In this document: in pieces, positions 52,776 through 64,000 of the stretch
How positions within the stretch are numbered: position 1 is the stretch's first letter
Layout: the number at the start of each line of letters is the position of its first letter
Translations under genes and position numbers: made by a program
DNA from: Octopus vulgaris
Lineage: Eukaryota
Reading direction: 5' to 3'
Length of the DNA: 64,000 nt
NCBI GenBank assembly: GCA_951406725.2
Contig: OX597816.1
Coordinates: forward strand, 145,514,001-145,578,000
Notes under the pieces: generated by a model
Told to the model about the DNA's origin: nothing
The model's database searches: none
The model's input: the letters and a program-made list of their open reading frames with translations, nothing else

Positions 52776-55254
52776 TTTATGCGTATGCATAATTGCTTCA
52801 TATTGACAAAAGTAGTTTTGCACTTTTCTACTGCTATTAAATATGAGAGTTGTGGGCAATGTTCAATATTCTGTGTACAATATTCTTTAGTTGCGTCCGT
52901 TGGTAGATGGGTCCGTCTGAATAGTATGTATGTGTATACATGAGATATGTCTATTTGAGATTAAGAGGAAGGAAAAAGAATTTCTTTTTCTTCTGAAAGT
53001 TCGAAATATGTGTTATTTTACAGGAGCACTGGTATGTGTTTTTGGATGTGTGATGCGTGTAAATGTATTAGAGTTTGAAAGCAGGATGCAGAAATTTTAC
53101 GAGGCGGGTTTAGTGCCTTCAATCTGATTTTCTGCTTTTCTTTGTTGGATTTTCTCTTAAGACAGTATGGATTCATTCGTGCGAGTATATTCTTCTCTAA
53201 TTTTAATAGTTGTCAGAGTTTTATTTTTTTTTAATTTATGGAGAGTGAGTGCTGTTTCTCTTGTTCAAGAACCGCATTTCCTCGGTTTTTCCATGCACGT
53301 CTTCAATCAACGAAGACATTTGATTTCAGGCTATAAGTGATGTTTCTTTCATTACATTTTCCAAGTGCACCTCACCATCGTCGTAGAATATTCTTTTTAT
53401 CTGACGGCTGATCTATGTTTTTATAATCTTTGTTTGGAAGTACATATCTTCGTAAAGTTTCTTTGCTATGGTTCTATAACATGGTTGAAATGTCTTAATT
53501 TCTCCTAGACTACTAATGTTATGTTATTTCATCTAAATGACAAATTTCATTACCTCTGCTTGAGGAATCTGGAAAGATGCGTTAGGTTTGGTTTGTTTCG
53601 GATGATTTTATTCGCTTGTGGATTGCAAATGTACCTATTTTCATAGAATACTTGTTGACCTTTTTCTTTTGTACCTATGATGGTCAAGGAATCGCTTATC
53701 AAACAGAATAAACAAAAACTATCCACTTGGGGGTGTTTTAAAATTCAGAGTTAAAGTGAACGATGGGGCCGAAAAAAACTTTGCTGGTCTGTTCTTGGAT
53801 TGTGAATGTTTCATTTTGGGAATTACGGGATCAGCAACGAAAATTTTCCTCATTTGGTAATTATTTGTTGCATATCGGTTACATTCTAATTCTCTTGACT
53901 TCATTCATCAGTTTCGTTTTGCTTATTAATTCTGCTTCTGACTTCGTTGAGTTGACAAATCAACAATCTGGTTTAGATCTAATGCTTGAAAACAAAATAA
54001 TTCTATTGTCAATTCTATTTCCTTTGATTAAGTACACGGCTTCGTCATTGATATCGAAATAAATTCAATGCTATTTGTTTTGCATTTCTTAGTTATGTTA
54101 TCATTTGATAATATTCTATATGTTTACAGTATCTACATCCTATGTCACTTGTTTTAACAGAGAAGCAAATTTTGAGATACTAGTGTTTCGGAAAATTATG
54201 TCTTTTTAGTCAGATTTTATGTCGATTGGTAGATAGAAGCACAGATCAACGAACATTATGTTCACTGAAAATTTAAATAAAGGCCAGCAACCTGACTATG
54301 CACAGCGGTCTGGGGTACTTCTGGCTTATGTGATTTGTCGAAACAGAAGTAGACCGGAATTCTCTACGCCAGTGGATGGATTGTTTTTTAAACATGAAAA
54401 GGGAAGCTTATCTCTTTTGACGTACGCTACAGCGACAAGCATAGTTTGCGGCTGAACCTTATTAAAAAGAAATATGCAAATATTCGTTATATTAATTTTA
54501 TTTTGTATGTGTTAAATGAATTTAAGAATTTAACCTTAGTTACTCTGCCTAGGGTTGCTCTTCAAACATTATTAAATCTTTTAATCAAGGGATATATTTC
54601 GCCGTTTTTTATGATAATAATCATTGGTAGATATTGTTATTTCAAGGTCAAAATATTGCGTTTGTTATCTTGCCTACTTCTCACGTAGTACTTTAGTGTA
54701 CTGTGTATTTGATGGTGCAGAAATATTTTTCACTGTGTAGTCAATGCGGGTTGTATATATTACTTAAAAACCTCAGATTCCTTTCCTTAGATTGATTTTA
54801 ATTTACTAATCATATGTATTAAGCGGCCGCATGCATTTGTATTCTAAATTCATGAGTCGATACAATTACAGATACTACTATGGACTACAATTCAATATTT
54901 CATAGCAGTAAACATTAACGATCGAATTGATGCCACCCAAGATAAGACGTCTTTCTTACCGTTCTAAAATTCCTCTCTGGCCTTGTACATAATTTGAAAC
55001 CAATTTTCTAAAAGCTTTTTATATATAGAGCATGCACTTTATAAGATAAAAGAAATCTTGGCCATCTCCGTTGCAAGTCATATTCCATTGTAAATGTATG
55101 CGCCTATGTAATGTTTTATGAGTCACTTTATGAGTCATTAATCACCAGTTTCTAAAACATCATCATTGCGTATGCTTGTATGTACTTCCGAAAAATATGT
55201 TACAATTTCTTTCTTAGGAATTACAACCGTGTTTCGTGGTCTGCTACCACAACA

Positions 55255-56040
55255 ACTCCTTTATAGGATCCAGTTAGCTCAAGACATCATCAGGAGGAAC
55301 CACGTCCGGTTTCGGCCCCTACTCCTCTACCGTTTTGACGTGGCGGGACCTCCCCCTTCAGCTCTGGTGTTGGGCGCATGTCTTCTTTCTTCTTCTTTCT
55401 TCTGTTCCCTGGCCTCTTCGATGTATCGTCAGCGAGTGTCAGCCGGTGACTGACTGTCTTGTCAAATTTTTCCCTTTAAATACCTGCCGCATAGGCTCCA
55501 GCAGGCAGCCCCAGCAAGTTGTCACGTGACACTGTCTCACCTTAACTGACTAGTGAAGGCGCGTAGTTTTAGCCCGCGCTTTTTCTAAACGACCGTCACC
55601 TGTCAGTCAGCTTGTCTCACCTAATGATGTTATTTCCCGTCGGCGTGTTTATGACTTTCAAGCCATTTTCGGTCTTCCCGCTTCAGCCATATATAGAAGC
55701 TAGTTTTTTCGACCGCCTCCTGTACTCTCCTTATTAGTTTACGAAGCTCGAGGCTAGAAAAAACAAATCTTTTGAAAAGCGTTGTCATTTTCTTTTCAAT
55801 GAAGCCTCTAGCCCCCACTGCCAGGTGATAATATTCGATATTCCATCGCTGTTCTCTGCATTCTTCGATTAGCTTTTCATACCTCTTCTCCTTTCGTTCC
55901 TCTGCATTGCCGATGTTCTCTTCCCAAGGTACTGTCAGTTCTAGTAAAATTCCAGTTCTCCGGTCTCTGCTCCATGGAACTAAATCCGGTCTTTTTGTTG
56001 TCTTTATTAGTGGAAATATTACTTGTATTTCCACAGATTA
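55255..56040 (-). mobile_element. HERO-like non-LTR retrotransposon 3' end (RLE domain plus 3' UTR), 5'-truncated
   Basis: Open frame 56034-55630: RPDLVPWS...LLELTVPWEE...AEERK..RYEKL..EC...AVGARGF...EAVEKTSFYIWLKR, a PD-(D/E)xK restriction-like endonuclease of HERO type; GC-richer 3' UTR. Confidence 0.85.
55281..55343 (-). ncRNA. Candidate non-circularly permuted hammerhead ribozyme
   Basis: Minus strand CCACGTC-AAAA-CGGTA-GAGGAG-TA-GGGGCC-GAAA-CCG-GACGTGG-TTCCTC-CTGATGA-TGTCTT; stems I and III and an extra helix pair fully, stem II is weak. Confidence 0.6.
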
Positions 56041-56465
56041 TGTAGTAGGAAAATATTCTCTTTAGAGTATTCAATTAGATGTCGATTTCAAGCTCATAGT
56101 ACTTGGTATGGGCACAACTGTTATATTATAGATGAGTAGCTAGAAGAAACTTCTCTCAGTATGTAGTAATATAAACTTTAGAGTTTCAAACTATTAATAA
56201 ATTTTGAGCGGAACGTCTTTGATGATCTGCTAATTCAGTCAATACTTAAGCGGAAAAAATTGGATATAAGCTAGTAACAATGGTACGCACTGATATGCTC
56301 TGCTTTAGACAAATCAAGAAAAAGAATCCATTCATGTAGCATCGCAGAAATTGATTATACATCTGATCGAGACTTTGTCATTTAGAATCACAGATAAAAG
56401 AGGAAATTACGAATTCACAAATAGATGTTGACACGGGAGAGAGAGAGAGAGAGATAGATGGCGAA

Positions 56466-56496
<31 letters not shown>

Positions 56497-56678
56497 TAAA
56501 GCGAGAAAGAGAGATAAAGCGAGAAAGAGAGAGAGAGAGATGTGGGAGAGGCTTCTTGTATGTTGGCAGCAGCTCAATCACTCAAATCATGAGTGATTAA
56601 AAATATCGAATTCCATTGTAGTATCACGATTCCCGGGTGCCAAATATCTATATACATATACACGTATAGACATGCACA

Positions 56679-56728
<50 letters not shown>

Positions 56729-56784
56729 TATATACACGTATATATCAGCATAAATATAAACATATAGGTATAAAAGAATATAAA

Positions 56785-57395
56785 TCTATATAGATAAATG
56801 TGTAATGGTGTCTGTCTGTGTGTATGTTTGGGGTTACTCTAACTCCTCCCACACCGTCCAACCGATTTTCATGATTTTCGACACATAGGTAGATCGCATG
56901 CTCTGAAGTTCATAAAATGCCGGAATTTTTATAAAACTTGATAATGCTCAACTGAAATCGATTTTTATGATCTCAATCGAGCGTTTTAATGGAAATTCCC
57001 ATAACAATGTTATTTTTCCTGCAGCTTCCACAACTTTTGTCAGAGTTTTATGTAAATCGATGAGTGAGCAAGGCTCATGGCAGTGAGGTGATGTCAGTAT
57101 ACAGCGTTGACAAAAAAGGAAATTCGATGATTGCGCCTAAGTAGTGGTTTTGAGCGCACAAATACCCATAGGGATTTTATTTTTGGCAGTAACATATATA
57201 TTTGTCATCCGATTCTAATGAAATTTGAGATTTAAGTAAATTTTGCGGTAGGGGAGACGGTAAAGGTTTTAATCTACTTCCAGAGCTGGCACCAACTAAT
57301 GGACATAAACTGTAATCACGTGTAAAATTTCAACGGTTAGAGGTGGGCTTAACTTCAATACCGAAAACACGAGCAACGCCGGGTCCAACAGCTAG
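56785..57395 (+). mobile_element. Non-autonomous Helitron
   Basis: 5' TC after A, GTCT repeats, 3' GAGCAACGCCGGG hairpin and CTAG followed by T; end motifs shared with 45399-45793. Confidence 0.85.
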
Positions 57396-57787
57396 TATAT
57401 ATATATGATTATATACACATGAATCTTGGATGTATCAGTCTGTATAGGTGAGTTTGAAAGTATCTCTTTACGTTTTACATATGTATCTATATGGATTTGA
57501 AATTATTTACGTATGACATTTCAGAAAATATGTGCATAAGAGAGAAGTAAAGAAAATGCGATATCTACGTTTTAGGTTCGTATTAAAATATTAACCGCCA
57601 GACAATATGTATGTATCTGAAAATGTATTGTATTAGCATAAGCATGTTTGCTTAAACTACGCATATCATCTGGCATACATGCCTGCACGCAAAATAAACA
57701 GTCGCTAACAACAAAATATATATGCATATACAGGTAGAACGCAAATTTACATACGCACCTATCTGGCCTTTGCCATGTAGTCTCTTC

Positions 57788-58173
57788 TTAGCGTATTTCG
57801 TCTGCCGCTACGTTCTGACTTCAAATTCCGCCGAAGTCAACTTTGCCTTTCCTCCTTTCGAGGTCGATTAAATAAGTACCAGTTACGTACTGGGGTCAAT
57901 ATAATCAACTTAATCTGTTTGTCTGTCCTTGTTTGCCCCCTCTCTATTTAGCCCCTTGTGTGTAGTAAAGAAATAAATGTTAGCACGCCGGGCGAAATGC
58001 TTAGCGATATTTCGTCTGTCTTTATGTTCTGAGTTCAAATTCCGCCTAGGTCGACTTTGTCTTTCATCCTTTCGGGGTCGATAAATAAAGTACCAGTTGC
58101 GTACTGGGGTCGATCTAATCGACTGGCCTCCTCCCCCAAAATTTCGGGAGTTGTGCCTACAGTAGAAAAGATT
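57788..58173 (+). mobile_element. Tandem pair of SINE family B copies (57788-57975 and 57978-58173) with different 3' tails
   Basis: Two consecutive cores; the first tail is TTGTCTGTCCTTG...GTAAAGAAATA, the second CCTCCCCCAAAATTTCGG..TTGTGCCTACAGTAGAAAAGATTA. Confidence 0.88.
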
Positions 58174-58659
58174 AAAGCCAGCTTTCAATACAGAGGCGCT
58201 GGCCCTGGATAACAAGTCTGCAGTTCAAAGTCACGTCTTTTTCTGCAGTGCCCTGTGTTATACTATTCATAGCTATTGAATGGATATGTGTGCATAAGTA
58301 TGTGTGTACATGTTAGTTTACTATATGTGTATTTATATTATAAGTAAGTGAGTTTTATGATAAGTGAATATTCAAACGACATATGCACAGTACAGAGTTA
58401 CGGAAAATGCAATATCTAACTTTTCTGTTCATTTTTCATTTATACCAGACAGGCATATGAATGTAACGAAAACTTATCTATATTAATATACACTCTCACA
58501 TAAATATATAAGTAGTTTGCAGGTGGAATATTTACTCAAATGGGCACAATAGCACATTCAAGTGTAAACTTGTTTGGCTCTTTCCTATATAAACTCATAC
58601 AAACGTCTGCTTAAATACCGCATATCTACTGTCACAGACATCTTCACACAGTCACCAAT

Positions 58660-58764
58660 ATATATGGGTGCTTATGTGTGTGTATTTGTGTGTGTGTATG
58701 CATGTATGTATATACATATACATATGTCTATCTTTCTCTCTGACTATATACATACATACACACA

Positions 58765-58839
<75 letters not shown>

Positions 58840-58893
58840 ATATATATTGCATACACATATATGCAGGAGGATGTGTTTGTGTGTGTTTGTGTT

Positions 58894-58957
<64 letters not shown>

Positions 58958-58985
58958 AGTGTGTGTGCATGTGTCTGTGTGTGTG
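58660..58985. repeat. Compound (TA)n/(TG)n microsatellite
   Basis: Directly visible. Confidence 0.95.
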
Positions 58986-59609
58986 CCAACACATAATTTC
59001 AAATACCATTTTAATTCTGAGCGCAGACTAGCACACCTGCAGAAATCGAAAATGGCGGACCTATGGAAACTAATATGAAAGGATGCATTGAAAAAGAGTT
59101 AATTGGATATTTGCTCCATTTTTATAATAATATAGCTTAAGTCTCACAAGAGCGCATAAAGTGATTTATGAACATTCACACGCAAACATCCATACTGGCA
59201 CATTGATCCACAAGAGAGCCACAAATTGAATTAATGGCATATAGACTTACTTGAATATATTCACTTTCAATAGCTAGTAATGTAAATAGTTTTTAATTGT
59301 TTGCTATTCTAAATTTTATCGAATCAGGAAATATGTCATATGAAACTGTTGATATCAATATCAGCCGGGCACTCAATTATTGTGAGCATCATTTCTTTGC
59401 ATTAATTTTGTTAAGAGGTATTTTACTGACGCTCTACATTCCAAAACTACGACCAACATGCCTAAATATTTGACATTCTTTTTGTTTATACACTTAGCCA
59501 TTTTTTATACTTACAAAGACGTGTACACATGCAGCACACTTAGTAATATAATTACACGCATATACATGTGTGTGTGCGTCTTTATGTATGTATGTATGTA
59601 TGTATGCAT

Positions 59610-59650
<41 letters not shown>

Positions 59651-59710
59651 ACACACATACACACACATCGCGTGTAAAAAAACTAAATAAATGAATAAAT
59701 ACGAATAAAG

Positions 59711-59782
<72 letters not shown>

Positions 59783-60299
59783 ATTTAAAAGTATGTTTTG
59801 GAAGAAAATATCTTGGTGCACTTAAAATATACTTACAACATATACAGAGAGATTCTGTTACATTAAAAATTATAAATTTATTAAAAATTATAAAAAATTT
59901 ATTGTCGCAGAACTTATGAGCAGACATTTTCGTTTTCCTTTTCAAACAGATTTCACTGTTTTCATTTTTTAAACACACTTGACATGGCGCAGTCTCTTCA
60001 GAGAAAGTTTCTTTTTAGTAGCATTGTTCACAAACACCGTTTTAGTCGCTGATTTAGATTTCTTCTCAGATATATTTCCTTTGCATTTTATAGTTGATCA
60101 TTTTCTTCTGTATTTTGAAAAACACACTATTTTGAAGTTTCCATATGCACAGGTCTTTAGATGTTCCCGCCATCGATCATTTCAAGTGATGCTGTAAGTT
60201 TGATCCTGCTTGACCGGTAACTTTCATTGCATAGTAGGCACGTGATGCGGTAAATAAAATTACTTTAACTAGTAAGAAATTTTCTTTTTAATCACAGAT

Positions 60300-61500
60300 G
60301 AAAGCAGAATTTATATTAAGAACTGTTTGTCACCATCTAAACGTTGCTGATCTAAAAGAAGAAACGATTTAAACCCCAGCGGAACACCTCCTCCAGTTGG
60401 TTATTCAGTACTCCTCGTGCTCGATATATATTACAAGCGAGGAGAGCAATTCCTAGCATTGTAACTCGAAGACCACCATATTATATGCTTTCAATCTTAT
60501 TTGATCATCCTTAAGGATAAATACACGTGTACTAGACATATAGATAGTCTACCCCAGCTTTGCTTCTTATATGCATATTACCCACCCCTTCGTTTCCATT
60601 GAATATCTTTTGAGCTTTTCCCAGTTCAATTATTTTGTAAGTTGTACAAAGATGATGTTCCCAGTTTGTTAACCGCTTTGTTTTCTACAGGTATGAGTTT
60701 AACCTTAATAAAAACTCTTTTGTGATTCTTCAAAAAGATTTGCCGGGTAGTGTACATTTGGAGGTGTTCTTATTTCACAATGTTTATGCTACATGAAATG
60801 ATGCACTTAGCAATATTCAACAAAAAATGCCCATTATAATGAAAATCCATTCAAATTCTTTTATACATAACCACCATATTTTCCACTGCGTTATGTATTT
60901 GGAAAAGAATATGATAATTGAAAAGTGCTAGAGAATATGGCTTCTTTCTGAGCTCCAGATTTGGATGGAAATTGTAGAAAACGTCCACTAATACTTATTG
61001 ACTTTGCTTACTCGACCGAATGTACGCATCTGAGAGACATTCCAAAATTACAACAGAAGAGTTACACAGTGTAATAACATAACATCATTTACATGTAATC
61101 TGGATTCAGGAGACAGTATATCAAGTATGTTTATGCTTTCTGTAAAATTCAGAGAGATTTCAATATGGACTGGCAGTGTAATCTCACTCAGAAACTTGGT
61201 CCGGAGGTCTGTGAAATGCAGTCGTGAAAAGTGAATCAAGAATATTTGCTGAAGTTATGAAGTGATGCACAAAGTAGTGCTGAACCAAAATTACCTATTA
61301 TGACGCAAATGGGTTGAAATCACTTCAGTATGCTTCACATGATATCACCGAGTTGCTGCATATCTGTACAATAAGATGTCAGAAGTATATACAATTCTTC
61401 ATCTGCGTGGAAGACATTGTAGCAAATTATTCTTATCTTACATTCATTTATACGTCTAACACGTGGATTATTGATAACATGATCATATAGAATTTCCAGT
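60300..61500 (-). pseudogene. Very degraded transposase relic, possibly Academ
   Basis: Reverse complement VFHADEELY, and LHFTDLRTKFLSEITLPVHIE, resemble the Academ D-x-x-x-Y and KxYxRxxRxHKLxxE segments; many lesions. Confidence 0.3.
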
Positions 61501-62244
61501 AAAAGCACAATCAACGTACTTCATATAATTATTTTCAAAACAAAATAAAAATGATCTATTCTTATGAAAGGAAACTTTCTGGTGCAACTGAACATTTTAG
61601 TCAAGACTCTCACAAAAGGCCACTATTTTGGATTTACATAATTGATTATTATTTTTCCTCATAACCATTAGCCCAGTCATTTAAGTATTTTAATAAATGT
61701 GCTTCAATAATAATTTACGAAGTTTGGTGTTTTAAGAAAACATAGAGACGGAAAGTCTATTATTTAGTACGCAGACGACATTGAAATCAAAGAAGATTGA
61801 ACTAATATTCAAATTTTCAGGTTTTGTTCATGCTATCTAGATTTTAATAAATGACCTTTTTTTTCATTATTAGATGTAAAGTATATTTTAAAGAAGATTC
61901 TTTAGAATATGCCAGCAGTAAGGCCTCACTCTTAGTGGTCAGTAGATCACACAGAAAAACTGCCATATCATGAACATGGAAGTAGAATATTTCACTTGGT
62001 ATTTGTATTGTATTACATTTCTAAACGAAGTATCAGTGAGTTGCTTACTTTCCACTGTTTCGTTTGCCATTATCAGATCGTAAGCCGTAAGTATTATTGT
62101 AATTATTTATTAATAAACATTTGCAATTAAGTCTTCTATAACAAATATCAGTTTTGAACTAGAATTTATAATTCCCTTTCATTAAGTGGCATGTATATCC
62201 CTATTAAAGATGAATACTTTCGAATTATTATTATTGTTATCATT

Positions 62245-62335
62245 ATTTCGTTCTGAGTTGAATTTCCACCGAGGTCGACTTTGCCTGTCATACTAACGAA
62301 GTCGATGAAATGAGTACCAGTTACGCACTGGGATG
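62245..62335 (+). mobile_element. SINE family B core fragment
   Basis: TTCTGAGTTGAATTTCCACCGAGGTCGACTTTGCC...GAGTACCAGTTACGCACTGGG. Confidence 0.8.
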
Positions 62336-62349
62336 GTTTCTTTCCAGAT

Positions 62350-64000
62350 ATAGATGGAGCAAGCAAATTAATGCTGTATTCATGGCGTGTTAATACCTGA
62401 GCAGCCCGGTAGAGGAAAATGGTGCTCAAATTAGGGGTTAACGTCAACGTATGTATGATCATTGGAGAGAAAAAGGATTGTTTCAACTCACACAGAGAAT
62501 ATGTGATCAAGCTAGGGCAATAAGGAAGAATTGTTCGTTCACAAAATTAGAGATCGAAGCTGTCAAATGACGGATCATGGAAAATAACAGCAGAGATGAC
62601 AATGAAAATACAGTTCTTATTAATAAGAGTAGTCTCATAGCACAGGAAAGGATCAGTGGTAGTATACTTGATGAGATGCATATAGATTATCTAAAAGAAG
62701 ATAATAAAACTAATGCCGACATGACAGATGAACAATAGGCAATCTACGACAGAATAAAGGTAAGACTACAGGAGAGCAATTGTGACATTATTTGCAACCT
62801 TAAAAATGTTGATCGATGGAAATTGAACCAAGAAACGAAAAATGACTATAGAATTCTGAAATACATCAGAACAAACAACATCACAGAAGCAAATAATTTG
62901 ATCAAGGCAGCAAGTAATGTTGTAGCAGAAAATGTGGGTTTAATGTCAAGTAAAAGAAATATAATGGGAGTGACAAGCGGAAAAAGCCATGGTGGAAAAG
63001 AAGAATCCAGGCAGGGTTAGACATGCCCTCCAAGGAAATCTCTGTGTTTGACCGAAAAGAGAAAGGGGAGCTGAAAAGCGAACAAAAATATAGGGGCACT
63101 GTAAAGGGAGTATAATATTGAAAGAAAGGCCCTGAAAGTAGTAGTGGAGGAACTGAAACAGCATCTCGTTGCAAAGAAAGCAACGTTGGTAAGATACGCC
63201 CAAAGAATGAAGTGTTACCACCAGAATAGGTTATTCGGAGTAGATCAGAAGAGATTCTATAAAGAAGTATATGGAGAGTGTACAGATTAAAAGTTGATAC
63301 CAAATAACATTGAAAATCAAATGTGTTGGAGTGACATCTTGAGCAAAGACAAGGAACACAAGAAAGATGCTGAATGTTTGCAAGAACTGAAACAAACAAT
63401 AGTCTGTCCAAAACGGTTAGGGAAGTGAAGGAAATCAGCAAAAAAATGTACAACCGGATGGCCCCTGGACCAGATGGAGGTCAAGGTTGATTTGGTGAAT
63501 GTCATGCACGTATAGCTGCGCAAATCAACACTTTATTAAATGCTGACCAAGTAACATCAGAGTGGTTGACATTGGGTAGGACAGTGCTGTGCCTGAAAAA
63601 CATAGAAACAGGCAATACGGTAGACAATTATAGGCGGACTGCCTGATTCCAATGATCTTTGCACTCTGCTTGATACCACTGAGAAAAGCAAAAGCTGAGT
63701 ATGTATTCAAAAGCCGCCAAAAAAATCAACCACTATTATTCATGGATGACCTCAAACTCTATGGTAAAGATGAAGCCCAAGTCAGTTCCTTCATTGATGC
63801 GGTGTACACCTTCAATGCTGATATCAGAATGCAGTACGGATTGAGAGTGGCAAAAGAAAATGTATGGACGGGCTAACGTTAACGCCGGGGGAGGTTATGA
63901 AGCAGATAGAAGAAACGGGATATAAGTACTTGGGGATTTTGGATATGGATCAATTGATTGGGAAGGAAATGAGAGGAAAATTTAAGGTGGGGTACCTGCG
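62350..64000 (+). mobile_element. R4/Dong-like non-LTR retrotransposon, N-terminus to RT, internally deleted, runs off the window
   Basis: FMAC*YLSSPVEENG..RG.RQRM; NITEANNLIKAASNVVAE; APGPDG; VDNYR; LLFMDDLKLYGKDE; YKYLGIL. Confidence 0.85.

Noticed and set aside
59048-59060. AAAATGGCGG YY1/start-like motif
   Set aside because: A single motif with no ORF, CpG-rich context or exon structure.

Overview
AT-rich, microsatellite-dense eukaryotic non-coding DNA (intergenic or a very large intron). The SINE families and the (TA)n/(CA)n load look like a coleoid cephalopod (Octopus-like) genome; this is recognised from memory and not verified by search. I find no credible host protein-coding exon: the ORF-track entries are microsatellite translations, chance ORFs or transposon remnants. 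The window is a transposable-element graveyard. It holds three tRNA-derived SINE families, many R4/Dong-like non-LTR fragments, a HERO-like 3' end, CR1, RTE and L1/Tx1 fragments, Penelope-like elements (Naiad-type GIY-YIG and hammerhead-bearing pLTRs), a near full-length Chapaev3 transposon, two non-autonomous Helitrons, a Merlin-like MITE carrying TTAGGG repeats, and Tc1/mariner, hAT and Academ relics. The most striking signal is a complete set of hammerhead core nucleotides and helices in a non-circularly permuted, pseudoknotted order in the HERO-like 3' UTR (55281-55343, minus strand). Also notable are an intact type I hammerhead (4552-4634), a SINE tail matching an L1/Tx1 3' UTR in the same window, and an L1/Tx1-like insertion with a 15-bp TSD inside a SINE tRNA head.
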